A stretch of 64,000 bases of DNA. Source: Balanoglossus misakiensis. Its lineage: Eukaryota > Animalia > Hemichordata. Each line of letters begins with the position of its first letter. Positions within the stretch are counted from its first letter, which is position 1. This document shows positions 53,607 to 64,000 of the stretch, piece by piece. The translations under genes were made by a program, and so were the position numbers. The DNA is taken from assembly GCA_040954595.2 (NCBI GenBank), contig CM082597.2, positions 1,346,886 through 1,410,885 on the forward strand, in the 5' to 3' direction. Under the pieces are notes generated by a model that saw only the letters and a list, made by a program, of their open reading frames with translations, ran no database searches and was not told where the DNA came from.

Positions 53607-56003
53607 TTTGCTGTTTAATACTGGAGAATACGTATGTCATAGTTTGGGTGTGCATATATCCTGCCTGATATTTTGGGAACAGTTTTCCGGGTTCATGACC
53701 TTTGGCATGTTAGGCCAATTCACTGGCTTTCAATACCCTAACTTTTTGAGTCACCTTTTCCCAATTCAAACGAAAGTTCAGGGTTTCTTCGAGACAAGAG
53801 AAGACGCGATGATCTACAAACAATGGTTTTGGAAGGTTTAAAATTAATTGATAATTACTCATGACACGCAAAAACAAATGAATCTCAATGCTTGTGGTTA
53901 CATATCCTTCTTGCAATATATCAGTTGTTTGTTTCTCTGTTTGAATGTGCACGATTTGTTGGTATGGCGTATTAATTACACCAATTAATTCTGTTTGTGG
54001 TTTAAATATTTTATGAAGGTTAAAACTCATATTGTGAAAAACTGGAATCTTAATATAGACAAATGCGTAAAACAAGAAATACTGCATACAACGCTGACCT
54101 CGAATAAAGCCCTAATAGCACTGTGTGTTGATAAAACCTATTTTTACCAAAAGGGCATATGGTGGTTTTTTGTCAGTTCTGTAGGCTGCATCCGTGATAA
54201 CGTGTGTAACATCACATGGACTCCTCATAAAAGCCCTATGAGCTGTAACACAATGAAAATATGTAAGCTTCCTGATATGTTTTAAATTCTGTCTAAATGA
54301 TATTGCTTGATAGTATGTATATAGCCAAACAATGAAAGAAATATCAGTACAGTCGAAAATTCCAGCAAATTTTTGAAATGAAAATTAGTGAATGAGATCA
54401 TTCTTTTTTCTCAGTTTTTTATGCCTCTACTTTTTACGTGTTGAAATATATTGCCAAGGATACAACTCAGTTCAACTTCATATTTGAAGATATGACCCAC
54501 CAAAGAGCTAAGCTATGATATATTGTCTGTTGTGTAGATCTTCTCGAACAAGCTGCTAAGGCCTCTCCATTTGATATAAGACAAGAATGAGTTTGAAAGA
54601 GGTAACATGTTTTACACTCTTAGTGCAAACACTTGTTTCTGTGTCCACCATGGATGGCTAGTAGCCTGCCTGTCTAGTCACGTGAGACGCAGTGTTCAGC
54701 GAACCTCAGTGGTTTCCATTTTTCGTCGAATTAGCGGTTTATCACCTCGGTTACTGTTCACAAGTCTGTCTATACCATCAACGGTTTCACATACGTATAT
54801 ACGACCCACTCAGAGATACTAGTAGATATTCTCTATCATTGTTATCTAAAGCTTCTCGAACAAGTTGTATAAAGTGAAACTTAGCAACAGTGGTGTGATC
54901 ATATCACCTAAATCATAGGGAAGGGCCGCGTGGGTGGCCCCCTTGATGAGAATATGTCCTCCCATCCAAGCGCAAACCCCACTGCAGTAACCACGACTTA
55001 CTAGGATCTTCAGTTGATGTCATGCCCCGTCTATGCTTCATTCTAAAAATTATCTAATTTCAAGGATTTGGGGGTGAATGTGTCTCAACAAACACTTGAA
55101 TGTTCATACAGCTGACACACACTTAGGTGCCATTGAAAGGACACCGTCATGAAAACAACAACTGATGGGTCTCCAGTGAATTTTAGACATCTTTGCAACC
55201 ATGCATGCAAATATAAGTTCCTAGACAACAGCCAGAGCAAACTAAAAGCATCATCTCCTAGATTATTTCAGCGTATTCTTATTTAATACAAAATCCTGCA
55301 AATAAGGGTGAACACCCGAAATTTGTTATCTTTGCAGTCAGACAGTTCGCTTTTCAGTTTGTAAACAAAATAGTTGGACTGACAGAAAGAGAATAACATA
55401 GGCATTGATTCTGTCATAGCACCAAAAAATGCGATCCGGTATACAATAGATGATTTTAAATATGTTTATTTCTTGATCTCTATAAAAAATATATACACAT
55501 CATCATCATACTGATTCGAAACTTACTCTATTTGGCACTTAAGATCAAATAAGACATGTTCAGTTGGAAAGCAATATCTGTTCGTCATGATTTTCTTAGG
55601 ATGTGATGCAAATACTGCAATGTTATATTTACATGAAAATTTAACTAGTTCATTCAAAATCCTGCAGTTGAAATCGCATATAATAAAGTCACTTAAGTGT
55701 TCTTTTTTCATGAAAGAAAACTATGTACAAGATTTATAATAATGAGATAACCGCACACATTCAGAGCACCGCGGTCTCAAGTGATGTTCTCATGATGGGC
55801 CATGCACGCCTCAGAACAGTGGTGTAAGCTTCGATATACCCGGTTGATAAACACACATATCCCACATAGCCATGTTTGGAAACGGTTCTCGCTCATAACA
55901 CGACAGCGCAGGTCCCAGATTGATTCCCCTATACCCAGCTTACACGTGTCTCTGTGTGAAGCAGCATGTTCGTTGTGTACAAAATGTCTACACTTTCCTC
56001 TCG

Positions 56004-57079
56004 TTAAATTGTACATCCAAAATTCCAGATTGGCGTCACAATTCTGTTCAAAGACAAGGAATTCTTCCCCTTGGCGTTTTCAGAGCCACTGTTGCTCACC
56101 AATTCCATCAGGTTAGCAGGGTTGTCGCTGTCAAGGGCACTGGTCTCGAAGTAGGGAAACCTGTCCAGTATTCTTCCCATAAGATGATGTATGTCGTCAG
56201 AGGTGATACATCTGCATGGACTGTCTTTTTTGTTGCCGACTAGAATTACACTATACGGTTTGTTACCTGCAAAAGAAACGAAAAGTAGATTTAATATTCA
56301 CAGAAATGCAACATTTAATTGGGATTTGGGATCTCTTGATTGATTGAATTTTTGCTTGCTTGCTTGATTGATTGATTGGTTGGTTGGTTGGTTGGTTGGT
56401 TGGTTGGTTGGTTGTTGATGATTAATTCATTGATTGATTGGTTGATTGGTTGCCGATCGATTCGTGGGTCGGTTTGTATGTCGCTCAATCAGTTGTTCGA
56501 TTAATATTGGCATAGTCATTAATACCACGGACGTAAAATATCAAATAAACAGAATTGCCCACCTTTGAGTTTCTTAATCCTGGCGCATGTATCTATGGCA
56601 ACCTCTAGTGATTTGATGTCATCAACCGAGAACACAACCACGAACTTGTTGCAACCGCTGAGCCACCATTTTTTCAACCCTCGTAATTCTTGCCCTCCAA
56701 CAGTGTTTTCATTTTTAACTTTAAACCATCTGTCTGTAGAAAAAAGAACATAGAATGTTTAATGACTGTGATTTTTCAAGAATAATCATTTACTTGACAA
56801 GCCCTACGTGTATGGCGAGGGTTACCGGCGGGGAGGCAGCCAGTGAGGCCGCGAAGCGCAGCCAAAGCCGGATACTCGTAGGGCTACTACTCGACCAGTG
56901 TTGCCGAAGTCTAAATGAATAATGAAGATTCTCTTACCCTTTTGTTGCACAAGACGAAGGCGTTTATCCAAGGATGGATACTTGTGGTGTTTTCGGAACA
57001 TGTAGCTTTGAAACAAGACCGATTTACCGACCGAGTCTGCCCCGACAACCACCAGTTTCTGAGCTTTCTTGATAAACAT
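56004..57079 (-). CDS. Gene D: degenerate Ras-family small GTPase, 3 exons, ~191 aa (possible pseudo-GTPase or decaying duplicate)
   Basis: Exons 57079-56938 (KLVVVGADSVGKS), 56733-56563 (ENTVGGQE..FVVVFSVDD), 56266-56004 (VILVGNKKD..PYFETSAL..GCTI*). Same intron positions as gene E. 3' end uncertain because of a possible donor GTGAGC at ~56099. Confidence 0.75.
56335..56452. repeat. Compound (TTGA)/(TTGC)/(TTGG)n microsatellite in gene D intron 2
   Basis: ttgattgattggttggttggttggttgg... directly visible. Confidence 0.9.
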
Positions 57080-59528
57080 GGTGTTTTGCGTTGAACTTCA
57101 AAAAGGGCTTGTGTGTGAAACTATAGTACTGTTTTTAAGGCCCTTGGAGACAACGTGTTTCTTGAACTGCTAGGAGTTCCACTGATGCAGGCTACGATCT
57201 GCCCTTAATTTATAGCATAGGCGTTCGCTTATCAAGGTCATAATTATCATAATTTTTTTCCAACCAACGTATACTGTAACTACGCCGTCATCATCAGAAC
57301 TGCTGACTGTGTTATTAAAAACCTCTGACGTCAGCATGCAACACGAAGGGTTTCCTTCAGTATCCAGGGTCGCTAACTGCCTTGCATCATAAGGGTTTAC
57401 TCAAAATGGAAAATATTGTCATCACCTGATTTTTATATATTGTTCATCAATGAATTTAAAATACAAAAATAATTAGAAAACAGGGTATTCCCATCCTACT
57501 TTTTTTCAATTAAGGGCTGAGGGTGTAAAATATTGTTGGAAATGTTTTTCTTTCATTTCTCATGCTACAGTTTTCCTATGGTAAAATATCTGAACTGCTC
57601 TGTAAAAATCAAGCATTGTGACATGGTGTTTTCCTTATATCATTTAAAAAATACTCCTCTTTTGGCATCTTTTGTGTAAAGTTTAAGAAAATGACAATAT
57701 TGGGACAGTGTTTTCTCAAAATTCTCATGTGAGGCTATGGAATATAACAACAACATCTGCGAAGTTCACTATCATAAATTTGCTGAACCTGGGTCGCCAT
57801 CAATCCTAGATTATGTGCGTGAAGTTTCTGTAATGATTAAATGCCAGTTTTTGTCATAGTAATTCATTACAATGGTACTTTGTGGTATACCGAGCTTCTA
57901 CACTGACTTCCTAGCCTTGTGACTGTGAATCCGTATATAGACAGATATGAGTTCGAATCCCCTATAGACATGCTTTATAAACTCTTGATTTCTCTCTATT
58001 GGTCTTCTTCAGTTGTCAAGCACAGAAAGGAATTTTTTTTTACCAACGTCAAAATCGACTTTTACTGGGCAATGCACATGGAACATCCACACATTGAAGG
58101 TGCTGAGCCGGGATATGAATCTCTCAGGCGACTTCAACACTAGTGATTTCCACAGTTTGAGGAGCTTGAAAAAACAACAACATACTTTTCTTGTTTCTAA
58201 ATGTCACTAGTTGCCATGGTGTTTTTTAACCAGTGAAGTTATGTGAATAACATATAGAAAGTCCAAAACCTGGTTACTGTATCTGCCTTAATTAGTTACA
58301 ATCAGAAGCGTATCGTCAGTGATGCAGCCTATATGACTTATAAGATGTGAATTTAGAACACTGATGGAGAAAAACTACTGATTACAATGGAAGCAAATTT
58401 AATGAAAACATGTCCTCGTAAGGCTTCAATCAAGGTCACCATTGCATGTAAGTCTTTCTTTGACACTGTGATTTATTTTAAGATACTCAAGTTCACGATA
58501 TGAGTTTTATTCTCCTAGAAATATTAGTCACGAGCAGAAATAATTAGCCACATTATTAATTAACCAAACACACATGGTGCACAAACAGGAACAAATATTT
58601 GTTAAGTTTCAACACTATAGCATCTAAATATAAGTACATAATATGTTAGTCGATAAATGCATGTCCGGAAGTTGAATGCACATAATGGCTATTATATGTT
58701 CATCAGAAAAAAATACCACGCATACAATCCTTCTACAAAAAGAAACCGTGGTTCATACATGAAACTACAATGCTGAAAAAGTGGTCACAAGTTACATGGC
58801 ACCACTTTTATTGTTATTAGAATAAAAATTTCCCCGATTCGAAATCTGGGTAAATAATCCCTTGCTTTTGTGAAAAGACACGCTCCAGATTTTTTTATAG
58901 TTATTGTAGACTGAAAAATTTGATCGTGTGCGGGCGCTCAGGCACCTCAATGCCCATGGTTGGGATGGCGCCACTAATGACATCAGGCTTTTCATAGACT
59001 TGTCTCTGAAAAGCCAAAGGTCATTGAAGGCGCCCTCTTGAGGGGCAAGAGTAGTAGACACTACTAGAAGTTTCTTACAATTTTCTTATAAGTTTCTTAT
59101 ACGTTTCTTATCTCCGAAAAATCCGGTAGTACTTCCAATCCCCGTAGCGGTAGTTAATTAGCATATCGAAATTTTTATATGTGATGTCAATCAGTGGGCG
59201 GAGCTCAGATGCAAATATTATAATATAGTGCAAGTGTAATACACTCAGTCTGATTCATAACCCTTTATTAATCATATTGAAAGTCCAACGATTTCAGTGA
59301 TATACAAAGTATATAAAAATCAGGAAATGACAATATTCTAAATTCTGAGTAGACAAACTTTATAAGTTGGGATAACAGAAAATCTACACCAGACATTCGA
59401 GTTTGGAAATGGAACTTTTATTATTGGCTTATTGGAAAAAAAATAGTTAACAAACGTACTGAGGTAGTACGCGTTGAAATCAAAACCACATAAAACTGTG
59501 GTTTTGTGATCGAGTATTAGCGTTATGT

Positions 59529-60836
59529 TCACTGGCGACGAAAGAGTTTTTTCAGCAAAGATTTGCTTTTTCTCGTCGGGGTATTCACATCGCCGCAGTC
59601 ATACGGGTTGCTCAGAGCCATGTCCGCAAAGAATTGCTCCATCAGGTCTGAGACGTTGTGGTCGTTGAGGGCACTCGTTTCGAAGTAGGGATAACTTCCG
59701 GCCATGACCCAGCCCATGAGGCGGTGGATCTGTTCAGTTGTGATCGCTCGCTTTTGGCTGTCCGTTTTGTTGCCAACGAGATAAATGCTGTGGTGTCTCT
59801 CACCTGTGAAAGAATCAATCAGAATATAAAGCGGAAATAGGCGCAACGTAGAGCTATGAGGAGTGGAGTCAAAGTTGTCTCCCACGTGAGCGAATGGGAG
59901 TTTGTGTCTTTCTTAAGGATGAACACGTACTATATATACCCCGGATCTGTCTCTACACGTTGAATTTCATAGCTACAAAGTCCACTTCTACCGATGCCAT
60001 TTTCATTTTCACTCATTTTTACAATTCGTGCAAAGGAAAAATAAAATTCAGTGGTCGAATTAATAGTGTGGTCACTGTGGACTATGAATGTTGTCGTTTT
60101 CCTGATTTTTATATATATTGTTTATCAATTAATGTTAAAAACAAATACAGAGAGTAAACAGGGTGTTGCCATGCTAATTTTATCCGTTTAAATATTGTGG
60201 ATAAAACAGAGGGAAGGAAATGCCCACCTTTTTGTTCTTTTATCATCGCACATGTGTCGATGGCGTCTCCTAGCGATGAGATGTCGTCTAGTGCAAAGAC
60301 TACCATGAAATGTGTCGACTTGTTGATCCATCTTTTCTTCAGGTCGAGAAACTCTTTGGTACCGGCAGTGTCAACAATCTCGACTTCAAACCATCGTTCT
60401 ATTGCAAGAACAACAACAAAACCTTTTGAGCAGACGTTCGTTAACGATACACCATCTGCAACCTATGGTTATTGCAATGATTGATTCGGTGGCAACATCT
60501 ACAGACCAAAACAACAAATCAAACAGGACGATGTCTGGAAACTAATTCATTATGTCATCAGCTGCTGATAAGATAGAGTTCTCAGTATTACTGGTTACTC
60601 CCCGAAGAAAACAACTTCTTTTTGGTATTGTTTACTCCGGCTGTAAATTTTAGTATCAGAGGAATGCCACCAGTTTCTTACTTACCTGGTCGTTTGACCA
60701 AATGGAGAAACACGTCTTCGATTGTATTTGATGGACGTCCGGTGAACTTTTGGAACAAATAACGGCGCACTATGGCCGATTTGCCGACACCTTTTCCACC
60801 AAAAACCACCATTCGTTTGATGTCGCTGATATCCAT
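59529..60836 (-). CDS. Gene E: atypical Ras/Rap-like small GTPase, 3 exons, ~198 aa, polybasic C-terminus without CaaX
   Basis: Exons 60836-60686 (RMVVFGGKGVGKS..SNTIED), 60398-60228 (EIVDTAGTKEF..MVVFALDD), 59803-59529 (YLVGNKTD..PYFETSAL..KSKSLLKKLFRRQ*). G1-G5 motifs all present. Confidence 0.88.
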
Positions 60837-61634
60837 GGTAAATTTGAGCGAATGTAGTTTTCTTTGGTAATGATACCTATGTTGGACTAGAAATTGCGGC
60901 TGTCACCTTTTGCCAGGTGACCATAAACCTAGCCTCCTTGAAGAGTCGGACAACCTTATGACTGTGTTCAGACGAGTGAATATGTTATAAATGTGAGGTG
61001 AATCCTTACGATGCTTCCTTCTGATGTAGAAATTCATGTTTGTTGAAACTACAAAAAACTCGTGCAGGAAAGAGTGATTATCGACTGGCCATCAAAACGC
61101 GGTGGCGCAACTAAGGGGTCATGTGATCCACATCCAAAATTTGCAATGTTCAACGTTTGTAGTGGTTGTTGTATCTAACTTTACAAAAAGGATACCACTT
61201 TTACATTTTACATCAAACATGTTACAAGTAAAGATATCAACCGGATGTCTTGAACAGGGCTTTTATCAATTTATTGATAATCTTTTCCACGTTAGTCTCT
61301 TATCATTTGATAATTTCTGCTATGTCAAAATGCAGTTTTTGACTGAGTGTACTCAAATAGTGATATTCTTTTCTTTTTTCTTTTCCAGTTAGAAGATGAG
61401 ACTCACAAGATTGGGGTATCAGCCACTCATGGGTAAAGGACTTTTAAAGAAAATAAGTCAGGCAAGTCCTGGTTAATCTTTTATAAAATATGTCTCGTTT
61501 TTCCATTTTGTTTTCTTTGAGCCAACCACAGTTTCTTTTAAGACTGTTGTAATATCCAGTATTTTCTCAGGCTATGTCAGCACTGAAACACGAATCCTGA
61601 CATATGAACTAACCAGAAATGTATCAGGTCAAAC

Positions 61635-61884
61635 TTTGGCGGGAAAACATGAGTTTTACCACAGCTGCAATGGGGTGGAGCGACAGGTCAGTCTTTCACA
61701 GAACGTTTTAATGGTGATAGGAACTATTTCATTTCCGACCAGCTCGCCATATTGTCGCGTTGCGCAGTAAACAAGCAAACAGCGCACTTTGGTCTAAGTT
61801 GACGCGCCGTCTCCAACGTAACGCGACCGTGTGGCAAGGGCATTGATATTGGAAGCATTTAACTCGCTCATGTACTGACAGAAG
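61635..61884 (+). promoter_or_regulatory. CpG-rich promoter and non-coding first exon of gene F, divergent from gene E
   Basis: Canonical E2F site TTTGGCGGGAAA (61635-61646), YY1-like CGCCAT (~61745), CpG cluster and donor AAG|GTAAGC at 61885. Confidence 0.55.
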
Positions 61885-62791
61885 GTAAGCTATTTTTTTC
61901 TTGAGAATATTGGCATTTATTTATTCATATCTGTGGGGCTTGAATTAATTTTTTTTTCATCCTAACTGTCGAGCAATTAACTGTCAAAATCATGACCTAC
62001 TCGTTCACAAGCTGGACCTGTGAATGATTCTTAGATATAGTTAGTTAAATTATACAAAAAACAATATGCTCACAATTTACTCGCTGTTGAAAACCCTAGC
62101 ACAGTTTTGTTAATACAATCATGTAGTTACATGACTGTTGGCAAATTGATATGGTGAAATTAGCGGAGTCTAATGTGTATAAAGGTGATCTCGAAGATTA
62201 CTTTTTCGGGTTTCTTCTGAGTCGTTCAAATCAAACTTCAATTTACATAGAAGGCAAGACGACATCCTGTCCAGATGGAGAAACAACAACAACAGAAAAT
62301 GGTGATCAAACTCATGATGATTACATAACTTTTACTCATTACGCCTGTATGGACTAAGAACATGAATTCTTTTGGGTATACATGTATAATATTAACTGAG
62401 TGAGTGATATGCATTACTAATATATAACGAAAATGAATTCAGCCATTAGCAGCATCCGATACTACCAAACGAATCTCGTGCTATGAATAATTCAACAGAC
62501 TTTTCTTTATAGTTGTATTAAGTTTACCTCGGTTTCCGTCTGTTCATAGCTTTTTCTGCACTGTTGCTATATAAGGATATTAGGAACTCCTGTGGCTCTT
62601 TCCAAAACAATTCCGGTCTAAAATACTACAATGTTATTAAATATTTATGACTTTCCTTCCATTAAAATAGTGAATGAAGGTCAAATACAAACGTGGTAGT
62701 ATCATTTTCTAATCGAGGTGGCCAAAATGCCTTCCACTACTTTTTACATATACTTGACGCAATCGTTTTTTGTTTGTCATTAAACTTTAGC

Positions 62792-63990
62792 ATGTCTACA
62801 GACAGTGAATTCCTAACAGATGGCTTGGCTGGCGTTCAGTTGGAAGATGCAAAGGGCAGTGTCGATGGTGAGGGAACTGTCGAAAACAGAGGTATGTTTT
62901 ATGTTAATAGTGACATACATTCGCAGTTAGAAATTACAGAATCCACTGGATTTTGCAGTGTGCAACCATTTTATGGGAAGATTGAGACGTTACGTCGGTA
63001 GTCAAAACGTAAACATATACTTTCCACGTGATAATTACGACTAAAGTCATTATTTTATTTGTTTCTCCATAACGGCAACAAAGAGATTAGCAATTTCGAG
63101 CTAAGATATCGTTTAATTGGGTAAAAAATAATCTAAAAAGGAAGCAAGCCTTTCTTCTTTTGCTGGACAATGCCTTAAAAGTGATGAAAGTTGTGTCTAT
63201 TTTGAGGAAGTTTTCCAGATAATTATTTCCTGTCCAAGTAGTGTGCCGTCAAGGACTTCATACATTGTCACTGCCATCTTAGGTGGTCTTTTTAATTACC
63301 AGCAGTCGTTTAACACAACAAGCTGACATGTTTCGTGCACAGGCTTTCTTCACAAGAGAACTTGGCAACATTTTGTCTCCAAAGTCTCCAAACTGTTGTC
63401 TATGACACGGTTAATAAAAACAAAAGTGATATACATATTTAAGTACGTGTATTGTTTGCGGAAATCAGTTTTTCAGTCTGACAGTCATCAGACAAAACGG
63501 TCAACGCAAAATGATCATATACATACATTTGTAAATTGTTGTCTTACCTGTAGATTCGGACAACGCATGCGTTTTCTGTGCCGTGATTGATGACAACTTT
63601 TTGAAACCAGGAATCCGAGATCAACACTATTGGACGGAGTGTCCAATGTTAACTGTCTGCGAAGGGTGCAATCAGGTAAACACTAGAACAAACAGTGAAC
63701 TTCATATGAAGTATTTGGTTTAACAAGGATTGTGTGAATAAATTGTTAGATGGGTGAATGGACATGGGGCCTTGGATAGATAGACAGACAGACAGACATC
63801 AATTCAAGCTAAACGTAAGAAGTCAATAACCCTGGGGTTCACTATGTTCCTCAGGTGGTAGAAATTGCAGAGCTCATGGACCATCGGCTGTCGACATGTG
63901 AGCAAGCGCAGTACGTACAGTGTCCACGGTGCCACGAGGCGATTGAGAGAATCAAACATGCAGGCCACGTGAACGAAAACTCGTGCCCAG
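62792..63990 (+). CDS. Gene F (3'-partial): short protein with a CEP104-type zinc-finger array
   Basis: Exons 62792-62891 (MSTDSEFLTDGLAGVQLEDAKGSVDGEGTVENR), 63554-63675 (ACVFCAV..DQHYWTECPMLTVCEGCNQ), 63855-63990 (VVEIAELMDHRLSTCE..QCPRCHEAI..HVNENSCP). Pattern matches the CEP104 C-terminal fingers as recalled (CIFC..HYWKHC.ML..C..C.QVVEI..L.EHL...C..C.RC.EA). Confidence 0.8.
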
Positions 63991-64000
63991 GTAGGCAATG

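Noticed and set aside
58925-59230. CTCF-like gcgccctcttgag plus GC-box/octamer cluster as an insulator between D and E
   Set aside because: The same 13-mer occurs at ~25247 in the TE-like island, so a transposon remnant is as likely; no independent support.
1-64000. CRISPR arrays, rRNA/tRNA genes, operons or intact transposase/RT ORFs
   Set aside because: None recognised; the sequence is intron-rich eukaryotic DNA and no ORF is long enough or shows such motifs.

Overview
AT-rich eukaryotic genomic DNA with GT-AG introns; probably a marine invertebrate such as a non-vertebrate deuterostome (inference only). Six spliced genes can be assembled by hand. Gene A (+, 5985-19444) is a ~1000-aa receptor with 7 Ig domains, an FN3 domain and a TM segment, ending in ITIM + ITSM + PDZ-ligand motifs. 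Gene B (-, 48267-27215) is a ~615-aa 4-Ig TM receptor converging on A; it has a Tyr-rich tail and also ends in ITIM + ITSM + PDZ ligand. Gene C (-, 53606-50460) is a compact ~482-aa 3-Ig TM receptor whose ectodomain copies that of B (Ig2-Ig3 ~99% identical including the intron, V domain ~79% aa identical), but its unrelated tail forms a canonical ITAM (ESTYENL-x8-YTNL) across a splice junction. Genes D and E are tandem, atypical Ras-family GTPases without a CaaX box. Gene F is the 5' part of a short protein made essentially of CEP104-type zinc fingers. Main candidate discovery: an adjacent inhibitory/activating paired Ig-receptor system (B/C) apparently homogenised by gene conversion, plus a second checkpoint-like receptor (A) with a likely signalling-dead splice isoform. 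All exon models come from reading splice signals and frames by eye; there is no expression or database evidence.
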